Positions 9,261-20,996 of a stretch of DNA of 32,000 bases are shown piece by piece. This DNA is from Mycobacterium tuberculosis H37Rv. GTDB taxonomy: Bacteria > Actinomycetota > Actinomycetes > Mycobacteriales > Mycobacteriaceae. The stretch is from the NCBI RefSeq assembly GCF_000195955.2, contig NC_000962.3, forward strand, positions 2,010,001-2,042,000, in the 5' to 3' direction. A program made the translations under genes and the position numbers. Each line of letters starts with the position of its first letter. Position 1 is the stretch's first letter. Under the pieces are notes generated by a model. It made no database searches, was not told the origin of the DNA, and saw nothing but the letters and a program-made list of their open reading frames with translations.

Positions 9261-12200
9261 AGCGTGGTTTTGCCCGCCCGACACCGGAAAAGCCTCCGGT
9301 CATCAAGCCCGAGAATATTGTCCTATCGACACCGCTGAGCATTCCGCCGCCGGAGGGCAAGCCCTGGTGGCTGATTGTGGTTGGCGTCGTGGTGGTGGGC
9401 CTGCTGGGCGGCATGGTCGCCATGGTTTTCGCCAGCGGATCACACGTGTTCGGCGGCATCGGCTCGATCTTCCCGCTCTTCATGATGGTCGGGATCATGA
9501 TGATGATGTTCCGCGGCATGGGCGGCGGCCAACAGCAAATGAGCCGGCCGAAATTGGACGCGATGCGCGCTCAGTTCATGTTGATGCTGGACATGCTGCG
9601 CGAGACGGCCCAAGAGTCGGCCGACAGCATGGACGCCAACTATCGGTGGTTCCACCCGGCGCCCAATACGTTGGCGGCCGCCGTGGGGTCACCCCGGATG
9701 TGGGAGCGCAAGCCCGACGGTAAGGACCTGAACTTCGGGGTTGTCCGCGTCGGCGTGGGAATGACGCGTCCCGAAGTGACCTGGGGTGAGCCGCAGAATA
9801 TGCCGACCGACATCGAGCTGGAGCCGGTGACAGGTAAGGCGCTGCAGGAATTCGGGCGCTACCAAAGCGTCGTGTACAACCTGCCGAAAATGGTTTCGCT
9901 GCTGGTCGAACCCTGGTATGCGCTGGTCGGGGAACGCGAGCAGGTTCTGGGTTTGATGCGGGCGATCATCTGCCAGCTGGCGTTCTCCCACGGGCCTGAC
10001 CATGTCCAGATGATCGTTGTCAGTTCCGATCTAGACCAATGGGACTGGGTGAAGTGGCTACCGCATTTCGGTGACTCGCGGCGGCACGACGCGGCGGGTA
10101 ACGCGCGGATGGTCTACACCTCGGTTCGTGAGTTTGCCGCAGAGCAAGCCGAATTATTCGCGGGCCGTGGTTCTTTCACGCCTCGACACGCGAGTTCGTC
10201 GGCGCAGACCCCGACCCCGCACACCGTGATCATCGCCGACGTCGACGATCCGCAATGGGAGTACGTGATCAGCGCCGAGGGTGTCGACGGGGTGACGTTC
10301 TTCGACCTGACCGGCTCTTCGATGTGGACTGACATCCCGGAGCGGAAGCTGCAGTTCGACAAGACCGGCGTGATCGAGGCGCTGCCCCGCGACCGCGACA
10401 CCTGGATGGTGATCGACGACAAGGCTTGGTTCTTCGCTCTCACCGACCAAGTCAGCATCGCCGAGGCAGAAGAGTTCGCGCAGAAGCTGGCGCAGTGGCG
10501 GCTGGCTGAGGCCTATGAAGAGATCGGCCAGCGGGTTGCCCACATTGGTGCCCGAGACATCTTGTCCTACTACGGGATTGACGATCCTGGCAACATCGAC
10601 TTCGACTCGCTGTGGGCTAGCCGGACCGACACCATGGGACGGTCGCGATTGCGGGCGCCGTTCGGTAATCGCTCCGACAACGGCGAGCTGCTGTTCTTGG
10701 ATATGAAATCGCTCGACGAAGGCGGCGACGGCCCGCACGGGGTCATGTCCGGGACGACCGGTTCCGGTAAGTCGACGTTGGTGCGAACCGTGATCGAATC
10801 GCTGATGCTCAGCCATCCGCCGGAGGAGTTGCAGTTCGTTTTGGCAGACCTCAAAGGTGGCTCGGCGGTCAAGCCGTTCGCGGGAGTGCCACACGTGTCG
10901 CGGATCATCACCGACCTCGAAGAAGACCAGGCGCTCATGGAGCGCTTTCTGGATGCGCTGTGGGGCGAGATCGCCCGCCGCAAAGCAATATGCGACAGCG
11001 CCGGTGTCGACGACGCCAAAGAGTACAACTCGGTGCGAGCCAGGATGCGTGCGCGCGGTCAGGACATGGCGCCGCTGCCGATGCTCGTGGTGGTCATCGA
11101 CGAGTTCTACGAATGGTTCCGCATCATGCCGACGGCGGTCGACGTCCTCGACTCGATCGGCCGGCAGGGCCGCGCCTACTGGATTCACCTGATGATGGCG
11201 TCTCAGACCATCGAGAGCCGAGCCGAAAAGCTCATGGAGAACATGGGTTACCGCTTGGTGCTGAAAGCGCGTACCGCGGGAGCGGCGCAGGCGGCCGGGG
11301 TGCCCAACGCGGTGAATCTGCCCGCACAGGCCGGTCTGGGCTACTTCCGCAAGAGCCTCGAGGACATCATCCGATTCCAGGCGGAATTCCTGTGGCGGGA
11401 CTACTTCCAACCCGGCGTCAGCATCGACGGCGAGGAAGCGCCTGCCTTAGTACACAGCATCGACTACATTCGCCCGCAATTGTTTACCAACTCGTTCACA
11501 CCGCTGGAAGTTAGCGTGGGGGGTCCCGATATCGAGCCGGTAGTTGCCCAGCCCAACGGTGAGGTGCTCGAGTCGGACGACATTGAAGGCGGCGAGGACG
11601 AGGACGAAGAGGGGGTGCGCACCCCGAAGGTTGGGACGGTGATCATTGATCAGCTGCGCAAGATCAAGTTCGAGCCGTACCGGCTCTGGCAACCGCCACT
11701 AACCCAACCCGTCGCCATCGACGACTTGGTCAACCGGTTCCTCGGCCGCCCGTGGCACAAGGAGTACGGTTCGGCGTGCAATCTCGTGTTCCCGATCGGG
11801 ATAATCGATCGCCCCTATAAGCATGACCAGCCACCGTGGACGGTTGACACCTCCGGGCCCGGTGCCAACGTGCTAATCCTGGGCGCCGGCGGTTCGGGCA
11901 AGACCACTGCGCTGCAGACACTCATCTGCTCAGCGGCACTGACTCACACCCCGCAGCAGGTTCAGTTCTACTGCCTGGCCTACAGCAGCACCGCGTTGAC
12001 CACGGTCTCCCGCATCCCCCACGTGGGCGAGGTTGCCGGTCCCACCGATCCCTACGGTGTGCGCCGGACGGTGGCCGAGTTGCTGGCGCTGGTGCGCGAG
12101 CGCAAACGCAGCTTCCTGGAATGCGGAATCGCGTCGATGGAGATGTTCCGGCGCCGCAAGTTCGGCGGAGAGGCCGGGCCGGTACCCGACGACGGCTTCG

Positions 12201-13432
12201 GTGACGTCTACCTGGTGATCGATAACTACCGGGCCCTGGCCGAAGAAAACGAGGTGCTGATCGAGCAGGTGAACGTGATCATCAACCAGGGCCCCTCGTT
12301 CGGGGTGCACGTGGTGGTCACTGCCGACCGCGAATCGGAGCTGCGGCCGCCGGTGCGCAGCGGCTTCGGATCCCGTATCGAGCTGCGCTTGGCGGCGGTT
12401 GAGGACGCCAAGCTGGTGCGTTCTCGATTCGCCAAGGACGTTCCGGTCAAGCCGGGGCGCGGCATGGTTGCGGTCAACTACGTCCGCCTGGACAGCGACC
12501 CGCAGGCCGGCCTGCACACCCTGGTGGCTCGACCGGCGTTGGGCAGCACACCCGACAATGTCTTCGAGTGCGACAGCGTGGTCGCGGCGGTGAGCCGGCT
12601 CACCAGCGCCCAGGCTCCACCGGTGCGCCGGTTGCCGGCGCGGTTCGGCGTGGAACAGGTGCGGGAGCTGGCCTCGCGGGACACCCGCCAAGGCGTTGGC
12701 GCTGGCGGAATCGCCTGGGCGATATCGGAATTGGATCTGGCGCCGGTTTATCTGAATTTCGCCGAGAATTCGCACCTGATGGTGACTGGTCGACGCGAAT
12801 GTGGCCGCACCACCACGCTGGCCACCATCATGTCCGAAATCGGGCGGCTCTACGCGCCGGGCGCCAGTAGCGCACCGCCTCCCGCCCCCGGGCGGCCCTC
12901 TGCGCAGGTATGGCTGGTCGACCCGCGCCGTCAGCTGCTGACCGCGCTCGGTTCGGACTATGTGGAGCGGTTCGCCTACAACCTCGACGGGGTGGTGGCG
13001 ATGATGGGTGAACTTGCGGCGGCGTTGGCCGGTCGTGAGCCGCCACCGGGCCTGTCCGCCGAAGAGTTGTTGTCGCGGTCGTGGTGGAGCGGCCCAGAAA
13101 TCTTCCTGATCGTCGACGACATCCAGCAGCTGCCGCCGGGCTTCGATTCACCGTTGCACAAGGCTGTTCCGTTTGTGAACAGGGCCGCCGATGTCGGCTT
13201 GCATGTGATCGTCACGCGCACCTTCGGTGGTTGGTCGTCAGCCGGCAGCGACCCGATGTTGCGGGCCCTGCATCAGGCCAATGCGCCACTGCTGGTGATG
13301 GACGCCGATCCCGACGAGGGCTTCATTCGCGGCAAGATGAAGGGCGGCCCGCTGCCCCGCGGTCGAGGCCTGTTGATGGCAGAAGACACCGGTGTGTTCG
13401 TCCAAGTGGCAGCCACCGAGGTGCGTCGGTAG
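9257..13432 (+). CDS. eccC5: ESX-5 type VII secretion FtsK/SpoIIIE-type ATPase EccC5
   Basis: 1391 aa from ATG in the ATGA overlap. Two N-terminal transmembrane segments. Three nucleotide-binding modules with P-loops GTTGSGKST, GAGGSGKTT and the degenerate GRRECGRTT. Confidence 0.96.
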   Translation: MKRGFARPTPEKPPVIKPENIVLSTPLSIPPPEGKPWWLIVVGVVVVGLLGGMVAMVFASGSHVFGGIGSIFPLFMMVGIMMMMFRGMGGGQQQMSRPKLDAMRAQFMLMLDMLRETAQESADSMDANYRWFHPAPNTLAAAVGSPRMWERKPDGKDLNFGVVRVGVGMTRPEVTWGEPQNMPTDIELEPVTGKALQEFGRYQSVVYNLPKMVSLLVEPWYALVGEREQVLGLMRAIICQLAFSHGPDHVQMIVVSSDLDQWDWVKWLPHFGDSRRHDAAGNARMVYTSVREFAAEQAELFAGRGSFTPRHASSSAQTPTPHTVIIADVDDPQWEYVISAEGVDGVTFFDLTGSSMWTDIPERKLQFDKTGVIEALPRDRDTWMVIDDKAWFFALTDQVSIAEAEEFAQKLAQWRLAEAYEEIGQRVAHIGARDILSYYGIDDPGNIDFDSLWASRTDTMGRSRLRAPFGNRSDNGELLFLDMKSLDEGGDGPHGVMSGTTGSGKSTLVRTVIESLMLSHPPEELQFVLADLKGGSAVKPFAGVPHVSRIITDLEEDQALMERFLDALWGEIARRKAICDSAGVDDAKEYNSVRARMRARGQDMAPLPMLVVVIDEFYEWFRIMPTAVDVLDSIGRQGRAYWIHLMMASQTIESRAEKLMENMGYRLVLKARTAGAAQAAGVPNAVNLPAQAGLGYFRKSLEDIIRFQAEFLWRDYFQPGVSIDGEEAPALVHSIDYIRPQLFTNSFTPLEVSVGGPDIEPVVAQPNGEVLESDDIEGGEDEDEEGVRTPKVGTVIIDQLRKIKFEPYRLWQPPLTQPVAIDDLVNRFLGRPWHKEYGSACNLVFPIGIIDRPYKHDQPPWTVDTSGPGANVLILGAGGSGKTTALQTLICSAALTHTPQQVQFYCLAYSSTALTTVSRIPHVGEVAGPTDPYGVRRTVAELLALVRERKRSFLECGIASMEMFRRRKFGGEAGPVPDDGFGDVYLVIDNYRALAEENEVLIEQVNVIINQGPSFGVHVVVTADRESELRPPVRSGFGSRIELRLAAVEDAKLVRSRFAKDVPVKPGRGMVAVNYVRLDSDPQAGLHTLVARPALGSTPDNVFECDSVVAAVSRLTSAQAPPVRRLPARFGVEQVRELASRDTRQGVGAGGIAWAISELDLAPVYLNFAENSHLMVTGRRECGRTTTLATIMSEIGRLYAPGASSAPPPAPGRPSAQVWLVDPRRQLLTALGSDYVERFAYNLDGVVAMMGELAAALAGREPPPGLSAEELLSRSWWSGPEIFLIVDDIQQLPPGFDSPLHKAVPFVNRAADVGLHVIVTRTFGGWSSAGSDPMLRALHQANAPLLVMDADPDEGFIRGKMKGGPLPRGRGLLMAEDTGVFVQVAATEVRR

Positions 13433-13446
13433 TTCGGCCAAACCGA

Positions 13447-15031
<1,585 letters not shown>

Positions 15032-15300
15032 CGATTCCGGGTCATACCACAAAATTAACGCTGGCCAAACGATCGTTTACGAGGAATGAATATTTGGCGT
15101 CATCGGCGCTGGAGGCCGGTATTGCAATCTAATGTGTTTTCTATGCAACAGTTGCGCAGCGACGCCGTTATCGACTAGCGGTGCTATATTCGGCGCCTTT
15201 TCGATGCCGAGCGCGCGTCTCGTTGGCCACGTTTGGTGGCAATGCTCATCAGGGCTCATCCGGATCGCCAACGCGATCGTGTGTGGAGAGGGAGGACTGG

Positions 15301-16398
15301 TTGGACTTCGGGGCGTTACCGCCGGAGATCAATTCGGGCCGTATGTATTGCGGTCCGGGGTCGGGGCCGATGCTGGCTGCGGCCGCGGCCTGGGACGGGG
15401 TGGCCGTGGAGTTGGGGTTGGCTGCGACCGGTTATGCGTCGGTGATAGCCGAGCTGACCGGTGCGCCGTGGGTGGGTGCGGCGTCGTTGTCGATGGTGGC
15501 GGCGGCCACGCCGTATGTGGCCTGGCTGAGCCAAGCCGCGGCGCGGGCCGAGCAGGCGGGGATGCAGGCCGCGGCGGCCGCGGCGGCTTATGAGGCCGCT
15601 TTTGTGATGACGGTGCCGCCGCCGGTGATTACGGCGAATCGGGTTTTGGTGATGACGCTGATTGCGACCAATTTTTTCGGTCAGAACTCGGCGGCGATCG
15701 CGGTCGCTGAGGCGCAGTACGCCGAAATGTGGGCGCAAGACGCCGTTGCTATGTATGGCTATGCGGCTGCGTCGGCGAGCGCGTCGCGGTTGATTCCGTT
15801 CGCGGCGCCGCCGAAGACCACCAACTCCGCTGGGGTGGTCGCACAGGTGGCTGCGGTCGCGGCGATGCCTGGACTGCTGCAACGACTTTCGTCGGCTGCA
15901 TCGGTCAGCTGGTCGAATCCCAATGATTGGTGGCTCGTGCGGTTGCTGGGCTCGATTACCCCCACGGAAAGGACGACGATCGTTCGTTTGCTCGGTCAGT
16001 CGTACTTCGCGACGGGCATGGCGCAGTTCTTCGCCTCGATCGCACAGCAGCTGACCTTCGGCCCAGGGGGCACAACGGCTGGCTCCGGCGGAGCCTGGTA
16101 CCCAACGCCGCAATTCGCCGGCCTGGGTGCAAGCCGGGCGGTGTCGGCGAGTTTGGCGCGGGCCAACAAGATTGGGGCTCTGTCGGTTCCGCCGAGCTGG
16201 GTCAAAACGACTGCACTGACCGAAAGCCCGGTCGCCCACGCGGTGAGCGCCAACCCTACCGTCGGTTCGTCACACGGACCGCATGGCCTGCTCCGCGGAC
16301 TGCCGCTAGGGTCGCGGATCACTCGGCGTAGCGGCGCCTTTGCCCACCGATATGGGTTCCGTCACAGTGTGGTTGCCCGCCCGCCATCGGCCGGATAA
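15301..16398 (+). CDS. PPE25: PPE family protein PPE25 (PPE-SVP subgroup)
   Basis: 365 aa from TTG at 15301: [25 protein letters not shown]... with a C-terminal SVP motif (GALSVPPSW). Confidence 0.92.
   Translation: MDFGALPPEINSGRMYCGPGSGPMLAAAAAWDGVAVELGLAATGYASVIAELTGAPWVGAASLSMVAAATPYVAWLSQAAARAEQAGMQAAAAAAAYEAAFVMTVPPPVITANRVLVMTLIATNFFGQNSAAIAVAEAQYAEMWAQDAVAMYGYAAASASASRLIPFAAPPKTTNSAGVVAQVAAVAAMPGLLQRLSSAASVSWSNPNDWWLVRLLGSITPTERTTIVRLLGQSYFATGMAQFFASIAQQLTFGPGGTTAGSGGAWYPTPQFAGLGASRAVSASLARANKIGALSVPPSWVKTTALTESPVAHAVSANPTVGSSHGPHGLLRGLPLGSRITRRSGAFAHRYGFRHSVVARPPSAG
15302..15847 (+). repeat. Direct repeat copy A (5' part of PPE25), reads as identical to 18426..18971
   Basis: Line-by-line comparison at an offset of 3124 bp shows the same sequence. 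Divergence begins at 15848 (t versus c). Confidence 0.9.
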
Positions 16399-16476
16399 CG
16401 CCATGACCTCAGCTCGGCAGAAATGACAATGCTCCCAAAGGCGTGAGCACCCGAAGACAACTAAGCAGGAGATCGC

Positions 16477-16776
16477 ATGTCGTTTGTGACTACCCAACCA
16501 GAAGCACTGGCGGCGGCGGCCGGCAGTCTGCAGGGAATCGGCTCCGCATTGAACGCCCAGAATGCGGCTGCGGCGACTCCCACGACGGGGGTGGTCCCGG
16601 CGGCCGCCGATGAAGTGTCGGCGCTGACGGCGGCTCAGTTCGCGGCACACGCCCAGATCTATCAGGCCGTCAGCGCCCAGGCCGCGGCGATTCACGAGAT
16701 GTTCGTCAACACTCTACAGATGAGCTCAGGGTCGTATGCTGCTACCGAGGCCGCCAACGCGGCCGCGGCCGGCTAG
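16477..16776 (+). CDS. PE18: PE family protein PE18
   Basis: 99 aa, [39 protein letters not shown]..., with a C-terminal YxxxE motif (YAATE). Confidence 0.93.
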   Translation: MSFVTTQPEALAAAAGSLQGIGSALNAQNAAAATPTTGVVPAAADEVSALTAAQFAAHAQIYQAVSAQAAAIHEMFVNTLQMSSGSYAATEAANAAAAG

Positions 16777-16789
16777 AGGAGTCACTGCG

Positions 16790-17971
16790 ATGGATTTTGG
16801 GGCGTTGCCGCCGGAGGTCAATTCGGTGCGGATGTATGCCGGTCCTGGCTCGGCACCAATGGTCGCTGCGGCGTCGGCCTGGAACGGGTTGGCCGCGGAG
16901 CTGAGTTCGGCGGCCACCGGTTATGAGACGGTGATCACTCAGCTCAGCAGTGAGGGGTGGCTAGGTCCGGCGTCAGCGGCGATGGCCGAGGCAGTTGCGC
17001 CGTATGTGGCGTGGATGAGTGCCGCTGCGGCGCAAGCCGAGCAGGCGGCCACACAGGCCAGGGCCGCCGCGGCCGCTTTTGAGGCGGCGTTTGCCGCGAC
17101 GGTGCCTCCGCCGTTGATCGCGGCCAACCGGGCTTCGTTGATGCAGCTGATCTCGACGAATGTCTTTGGTCAGAACACCTCGGCGATCGCGGCCGCCGAA
17201 GCTCAGTACGGCGAGATGTGGGCCCAAGACTCCGCGGCGATGTATGCCTACGCGGGCAGTTCGGCGAGCGCCTCGGCGGTCACGCCGTTTAGCACGCCGC
17301 CGCAGATTGCCAACCCGACCGCTCAGGGTACGCAGGCCGCGGCCGTGGCCACCGCCGCCGGTACCGCCCAGTCGACGCTGACGGAGATGATCACCGGGCT
17401 ACCCAACGCGCTGCAAAGCCTCACCTCACCTCTGTTGCAGTCGTCTAACGGTCCGCTGTCGTGGCTGTGGCAGATCTTGTTCGGCACGCCCAATTTCCCC
17501 ACCTCAATTTCGGCACTGCTGACCGACCTGCAGCCCTACGCGAGCTTCTTCTATAACACCGAGGGCCTGCCGTACTTCAGCATCGGCATGGGCAACAACT
17601 TCATTCAGTCGGCCAAGACCCTGGGATTGATCGGCTCGGCGGCACCGGCTGCGGTCGCGGCTGCTGGGGATGCCGCCAAGGGCTTGCCTGGACTGGGCGG
17701 GATGCTCGGTGGCGGGCCGGTGGCGGCGGGTCTGGGCAATGCGGCTTCGGTTGGCAAGCTGTCGGTGCCGCCGGTGTGGAGTGGACCGTTGCCCGGGTCG
17801 GTGACTCCGGGGGCTGCTCCGCTACCGGTGAGTACGGTCAGTGCCGCCCCGGAGGCGGCGCCCGGAAGCCTGTTGGGCGGCCTGCCGCTAGCTGGTGCGG
17901 GCGGGGCCGGCGCGGGTCCACGCTACGGATTCCGTCCCACCGTCATGGCTCGCCCACCCTTCGCCGGATAG
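16790..17971 (+). CDS. PPE26: PPE family protein PPE26 (PPE-SVP subgroup)
   Basis: 393 aa from ATG 13 bp after PE18: [29 protein letters not shown]..., with the SVP motif [10 protein letters not shown]. Confidence 0.93.
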   Translation: MDFGALPPEVNSVRMYAGPGSAPMVAAASAWNGLAAELSSAATGYETVITQLSSEGWLGPASAAMAEAVAPYVAWMSAAAAQAEQAATQARAAAAAFEAAFAATVPPPLIAANRASLMQLISTNVFGQNTSAIAAAEAQYGEMWAQDSAAMYAYAGSSASASAVTPFSTPPQIANPTAQGTQAAAVATAAGTAQSTLTEMITGLPNALQSLTSPLLQSSNGPLSWLWQILFGTPNFPTSISALLTDLQPYASFFYNTEGLPYFSIGMGNNFIQSAKTLGLIGSAAPAAVAAAGDAAKGLPGLGGMLGGGPVAAGLGNAASVGKLSVPPVWSGPLPGSVTPGAAPLPVSTVSAAPEAAPGSLLGGLPLAGAGGAGAGPRYGFRPTVMARPPFAG

Positions 17972-18385
17972 TCGCTGCCGCAACGTATTAACGCGCCGGC
18001 CTCGGCTGGTGTGGTCCGCTGCGGGTGGCAATTGGTCGGCGCCGAGATCTCGGTGGGTTATTTGCGGTGGGATTTTTTCCCGAAGCCGGGTTCAGCACCG
18101 GATTTCCTAACGGTCCCGCGACTCAACGGCACCGCGCCGTCAGCAAGTTCCGGTGGTGTTGATCGCGGTATCCATGCAGGTGGTGATGGCGCGGCGAGAC
18201 TGGTCGTGTGCGCTGAAGCACAGGGTACTTGGCGGTTGTGGCTCCCGGGATGTAGCTGGCCGCCCAACGTCCCGCAGCGTCGGGGTCAGCGGCGGAGCAG
18301 CACGGCGATTTAGCCTCACAACCGAGCAGCTAGCTCGCGTTTCCCAGCGGCTCAATCCCCGTCGAGCCATTGAAAGGCACCTCAG

Positions 18386-18424
18386 ATGTCGTTTGCGACT
18401 CCGCAACCGGAGAAAGGGTTCGGA
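18386..18424 (+). pseudogene. PE-gene N-terminal remnant fused in-frame to PPE27
   Basis: atgtcgtttgcgactccgcaaccggag translates as MSFATPQPE, closely matching the PE18/PE19 start MSFVTTQPE. The frame continues as KGFG into PPE27 MDFGALPPE. Confidence 0.5.
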
Positions 18425-19477
18425 ATGGACTTCGGGGCGTTACCGCCGGAGATCAATTCGGGCCGTATGTATTGCGGTCCGGGGTCGGGGCCGATGCTGG
18501 CTGCGGCCGCGGCCTGGGACGGGGTGGCCGTGGAGTTGGGGTTGGCTGCGACCGGTTATGCGTCGGTGATAGCCGAGCTGACCGGTGCGCCGTGGGTGGG
18601 TGCGGCGTCGTTGTCGATGGTGGCGGCGGCCACGCCGTATGTGGCCTGGCTGAGCCAAGCCGCGGCGCGGGCCGAGCAGGCGGGGATGCAGGCCGCGGCG
18701 GCCGCGGCGGCTTATGAGGCCGCTTTTGTGATGACGGTGCCGCCGCCGGTGATTACGGCGAATCGGGTTTTGGTGATGACGCTGATTGCGACCAATTTTT
18801 TCGGTCAGAACTCGGCGGCGATCGCGGTCGCTGAGGCGCAGTACGCCGAAATGTGGGCGCAAGACGCCGTTGCTATGTATGGCTATGCGGCTGCGTCGGC
18901 GAGCGCGTCGCGGTTGATTCCGTTCGCGGCGCCGCCGAAGACCACCAACTCCGCTGGGGTGGTCGCACAGGCGGTTGCGTCGGTCAGCTGGCCGAATCCC
19001 AATGATTGGTGGCTCGTGCGGTTGCTGGGCTCGATTACCCCCACGGAAAGGACGACGATCGTTCGTTTGCTCGGTCAGTCGTACTTGGCGACGGGCATGG
19101 CGCGGTTTCTTACCTCGATCGCACAGCAGCTGACCTTCGGCCCAGGGGGCACAACGGCTGGCTCCGGCGGAGCCTGGTACCCAACGCCACAATTCGCCGG
19201 CCTGGGTGCAGGCCCGGCGGTGTCGGCGAGTTTGGCGCGGGCGGAGCCGGTCGGGAGGTTGTCGGTGCCGCCAAGTTGGGCCGTCGCGGCTCCGGCCTTC
19301 GCGGAGAAGCCTGAGGCGGGCACGCCGATGTCCGTCATCGGCGAAGCGTCCAGCTGCGGTCAGGGAGGCCTGCTTCGAGGCATACCGCTGGCGAGAGCGG
19401 GGCGGCGTACGGGCGCCTTCGCTCACCGATACGGGTTCCGCCACAGCGTGATTACCCGGTCTCCGTCGGCGGGATAG
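18425..19477 (+). CDS. PPE27: PPE family protein PPE27 (PPE-SVP subgroup)
   Basis: 350 aa from ATG at 18425. The N-terminal domain reads identical to PPE25. SVP motif [10 protein letters not shown]. In-frame alternative start at 18386. Confidence 0.92.
   Translation: MDFGALPPEINSGRMYCGPGSGPMLAAAAAWDGVAVELGLAATGYASVIAELTGAPWVGAASLSMVAAATPYVAWLSQAAARAEQAGMQAAAAAAAYEAAFVMTVPPPVITANRVLVMTLIATNFFGQNSAAIAVAEAQYAEMWAQDAVAMYGYAAASASASRLIPFAAPPKTTNSAGVVAQAVASVSWPNPNDWWLVRLLGSITPTERTTIVRLLGQSYLATGMARFLTSIAQQLTFGPGGTTAGSGGAWYPTPQFAGLGAGPAVSASLARAEPVGRLSVPPSWAVAAPAFAEKPEAGTPMSVIGEASSCGQGGLLRGIPLARAGRRTGAFAHRYGFRHSVITRSPSAG
18426..18971 (+). repeat. Direct repeat copy B (5' part of PPE27), reads as identical to 15302..15847
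   Basis: See copy A. A second near-identical block, 15901..16163 versus 18980..19242, has an offset of 3079 bp because PPE27 lacks 45 bp. Confidence 0.9.
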
Positions 19478-19854
19478 CTTTCGATCCGGTCTGCGCGGCC
19501 GCCGGAAATGCTGCAGATAGCGATCGACCGCGCCGGTCGGTAAACGCCGCACACGGCACTATCAATGCGCACGGCGGGCGTTGATGCCAAATTGACCGTC
19601 CCGACGGGGCTTTATCTGCGGCAAGATTTCATCCCCAGCCCGGTCGGTGGGCCGATAAATACGCTGGTCAGCGCGACTCTTCCGGCTGAATTCGATGCTC
19701 TGGGCGCCCGCTCGACGCCGAGTATCTCGAGTGGGCCGCAAACCCGGTCAAACGCTGTTACTGTGGCGTTACCACAGGTGAATTTGCGGTGCCAACTGGT
19801 GAACACTTGCGAACGGGTGGCATCGAAATCAACTTGTTGCGTTGCAGTGATCTA

Positions 19855-19869
19855 CTCTCTTGCAGAGAG
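19855..19869. promoter_or_regulatory. Palindrome CTCTCT-TGC-AGAGAG upstream of PE19
   Basis: Perfect 6-3-6 inverted repeat ending 34 bp before the PE19 ATG. Confidence 0.25.
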
Positions 19870-19903
19870 CCGTTGCTGGGATTAATTGGGAGAGGAAGAC
19901 AGC

Positions 19904-20203
19904 ATGTCGTTCGTGACCACACAGCCGGAAGCCCTGGCAGCTGCGGCGGCGAACCTACAGGGTATTGGCACGACAATGAACGCCCAGAACGCGGCCGCGG
20001 CTGCTCCAACCACCGGAGTAGTGCCCGCAGCCGCCGATGAAGTATCAGCGCTGACCGCGGCTCAGTTTGCTGCGCACGCGCAGATGTACCAAACGGTCAG
20101 CGCCCAGGCCGCGGCCATTCACGAAATGTTCGTGAACACGCTGGTGGCCAGTTCTGGCTCATACGCGGCCACCGAGGCGGCCAACGCAGCCGCTGCCGGC
20201 TGA
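19904..20203 (+). CDS. PE19: PE family protein PE19
   Basis: 99 aa, [39 protein letters not shown]..., with the C-terminal motif YAATE. Confidence 0.93.
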   Translation: MSFVTTQPEALAAAAANLQGIGTTMNAQNAAAAAPTTGVVPAAADEVSALTAAQFAAHAQMYQTVSAQAAAIHEMFVNTLVASSGSYAATEAANAAAAG

Positions 20204-20319
20204 ACGGGCTCGCACGAACCTGCTGAAGGAGAGGGGGAACATCCGGAGTTCTCGGGTCAGGGGTTGCGCCAGCGCCCAGCCGATTCAGCTATCGGCGTCC
20301 ATAACAGCAGACGATCTAG

Positions 20320-20643
<324 letters not shown>

Positions 20644-20693
20644 CGCCGAAAGCCACAGCTGCGTACGCTTTCTCACATTAGGAGAACACCAAT

Positions 20694-20978
20694 ATGACGA
20701 TTAATTACCAGTTCGGGGACGTCGACGCTCATGGCGCCATGATCCGCGCTCAGGCGGCGTCGCTTGAGGCGGAGCATCAGGCCATCGTTCGTGATGTGTT
20801 GGCCGCGGGTGACTTTTGGGGCGGCGCCGGTTCGGTGGCTTGCCAGGAGTTCATTACCCAGTTGGGCCGTAACTTCCAGGTGATCTACGAGCAGGCCAAC
20901 GCCCACGGGCAGAAGGTGCAGGCTGCCGGCAACAACATGGCGCAAACCGACAGCGCCGTCGGCTCCAGCTGGGCCTAA
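20694..20978 (+). CDS. esxN: ESAT-6-like WXG100 protein EsxN
   Basis: 94 aa, MTINYQFGDVDAHGAMIRAQAASLEAEHQAIVRDVLAAGDFWGGAGSVACQEFITQLGRNFQVIYEQANAHG..., with a WGG (WXG) motif. Confidence 0.95.
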   Translation: MTINYQFGDVDAHGAMIRAQAASLEAEHQAIVRDVLAAGDFWGGAGSVACQEFITQLGRNFQVIYEQANAHGQKVQAAGNNMAQTDSAVGSSWA

Positions 20979-20996
20979 AACTGAACTTCAGTCGCG

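Noticed and set aside
10154-11410. 418-codon ORF opposite eccC5
   Set aside because: It lies fully antisense to a conserved ATPase. Its composition (RHEL..., HRRRR) is typical of spurious mirror ORFs in GC-rich coding DNA.
15086-15178. 30-codon [33 protein letters not shown] upstream of PPE25
   Set aside because: The SD-like gagg is only 1 nt from the ATG. The composition is not coding-like and there is no support beyond being open.
15316-16239. 307-codon minus-strand ORF opposite PPE25, near-duplicated opposite PPE27 (18440..19552)
   Set aside because: Both are mirror ORFs of the repeated PPE coding sequence. The shared sequence is explained by the PPE25/PPE27 duplication.
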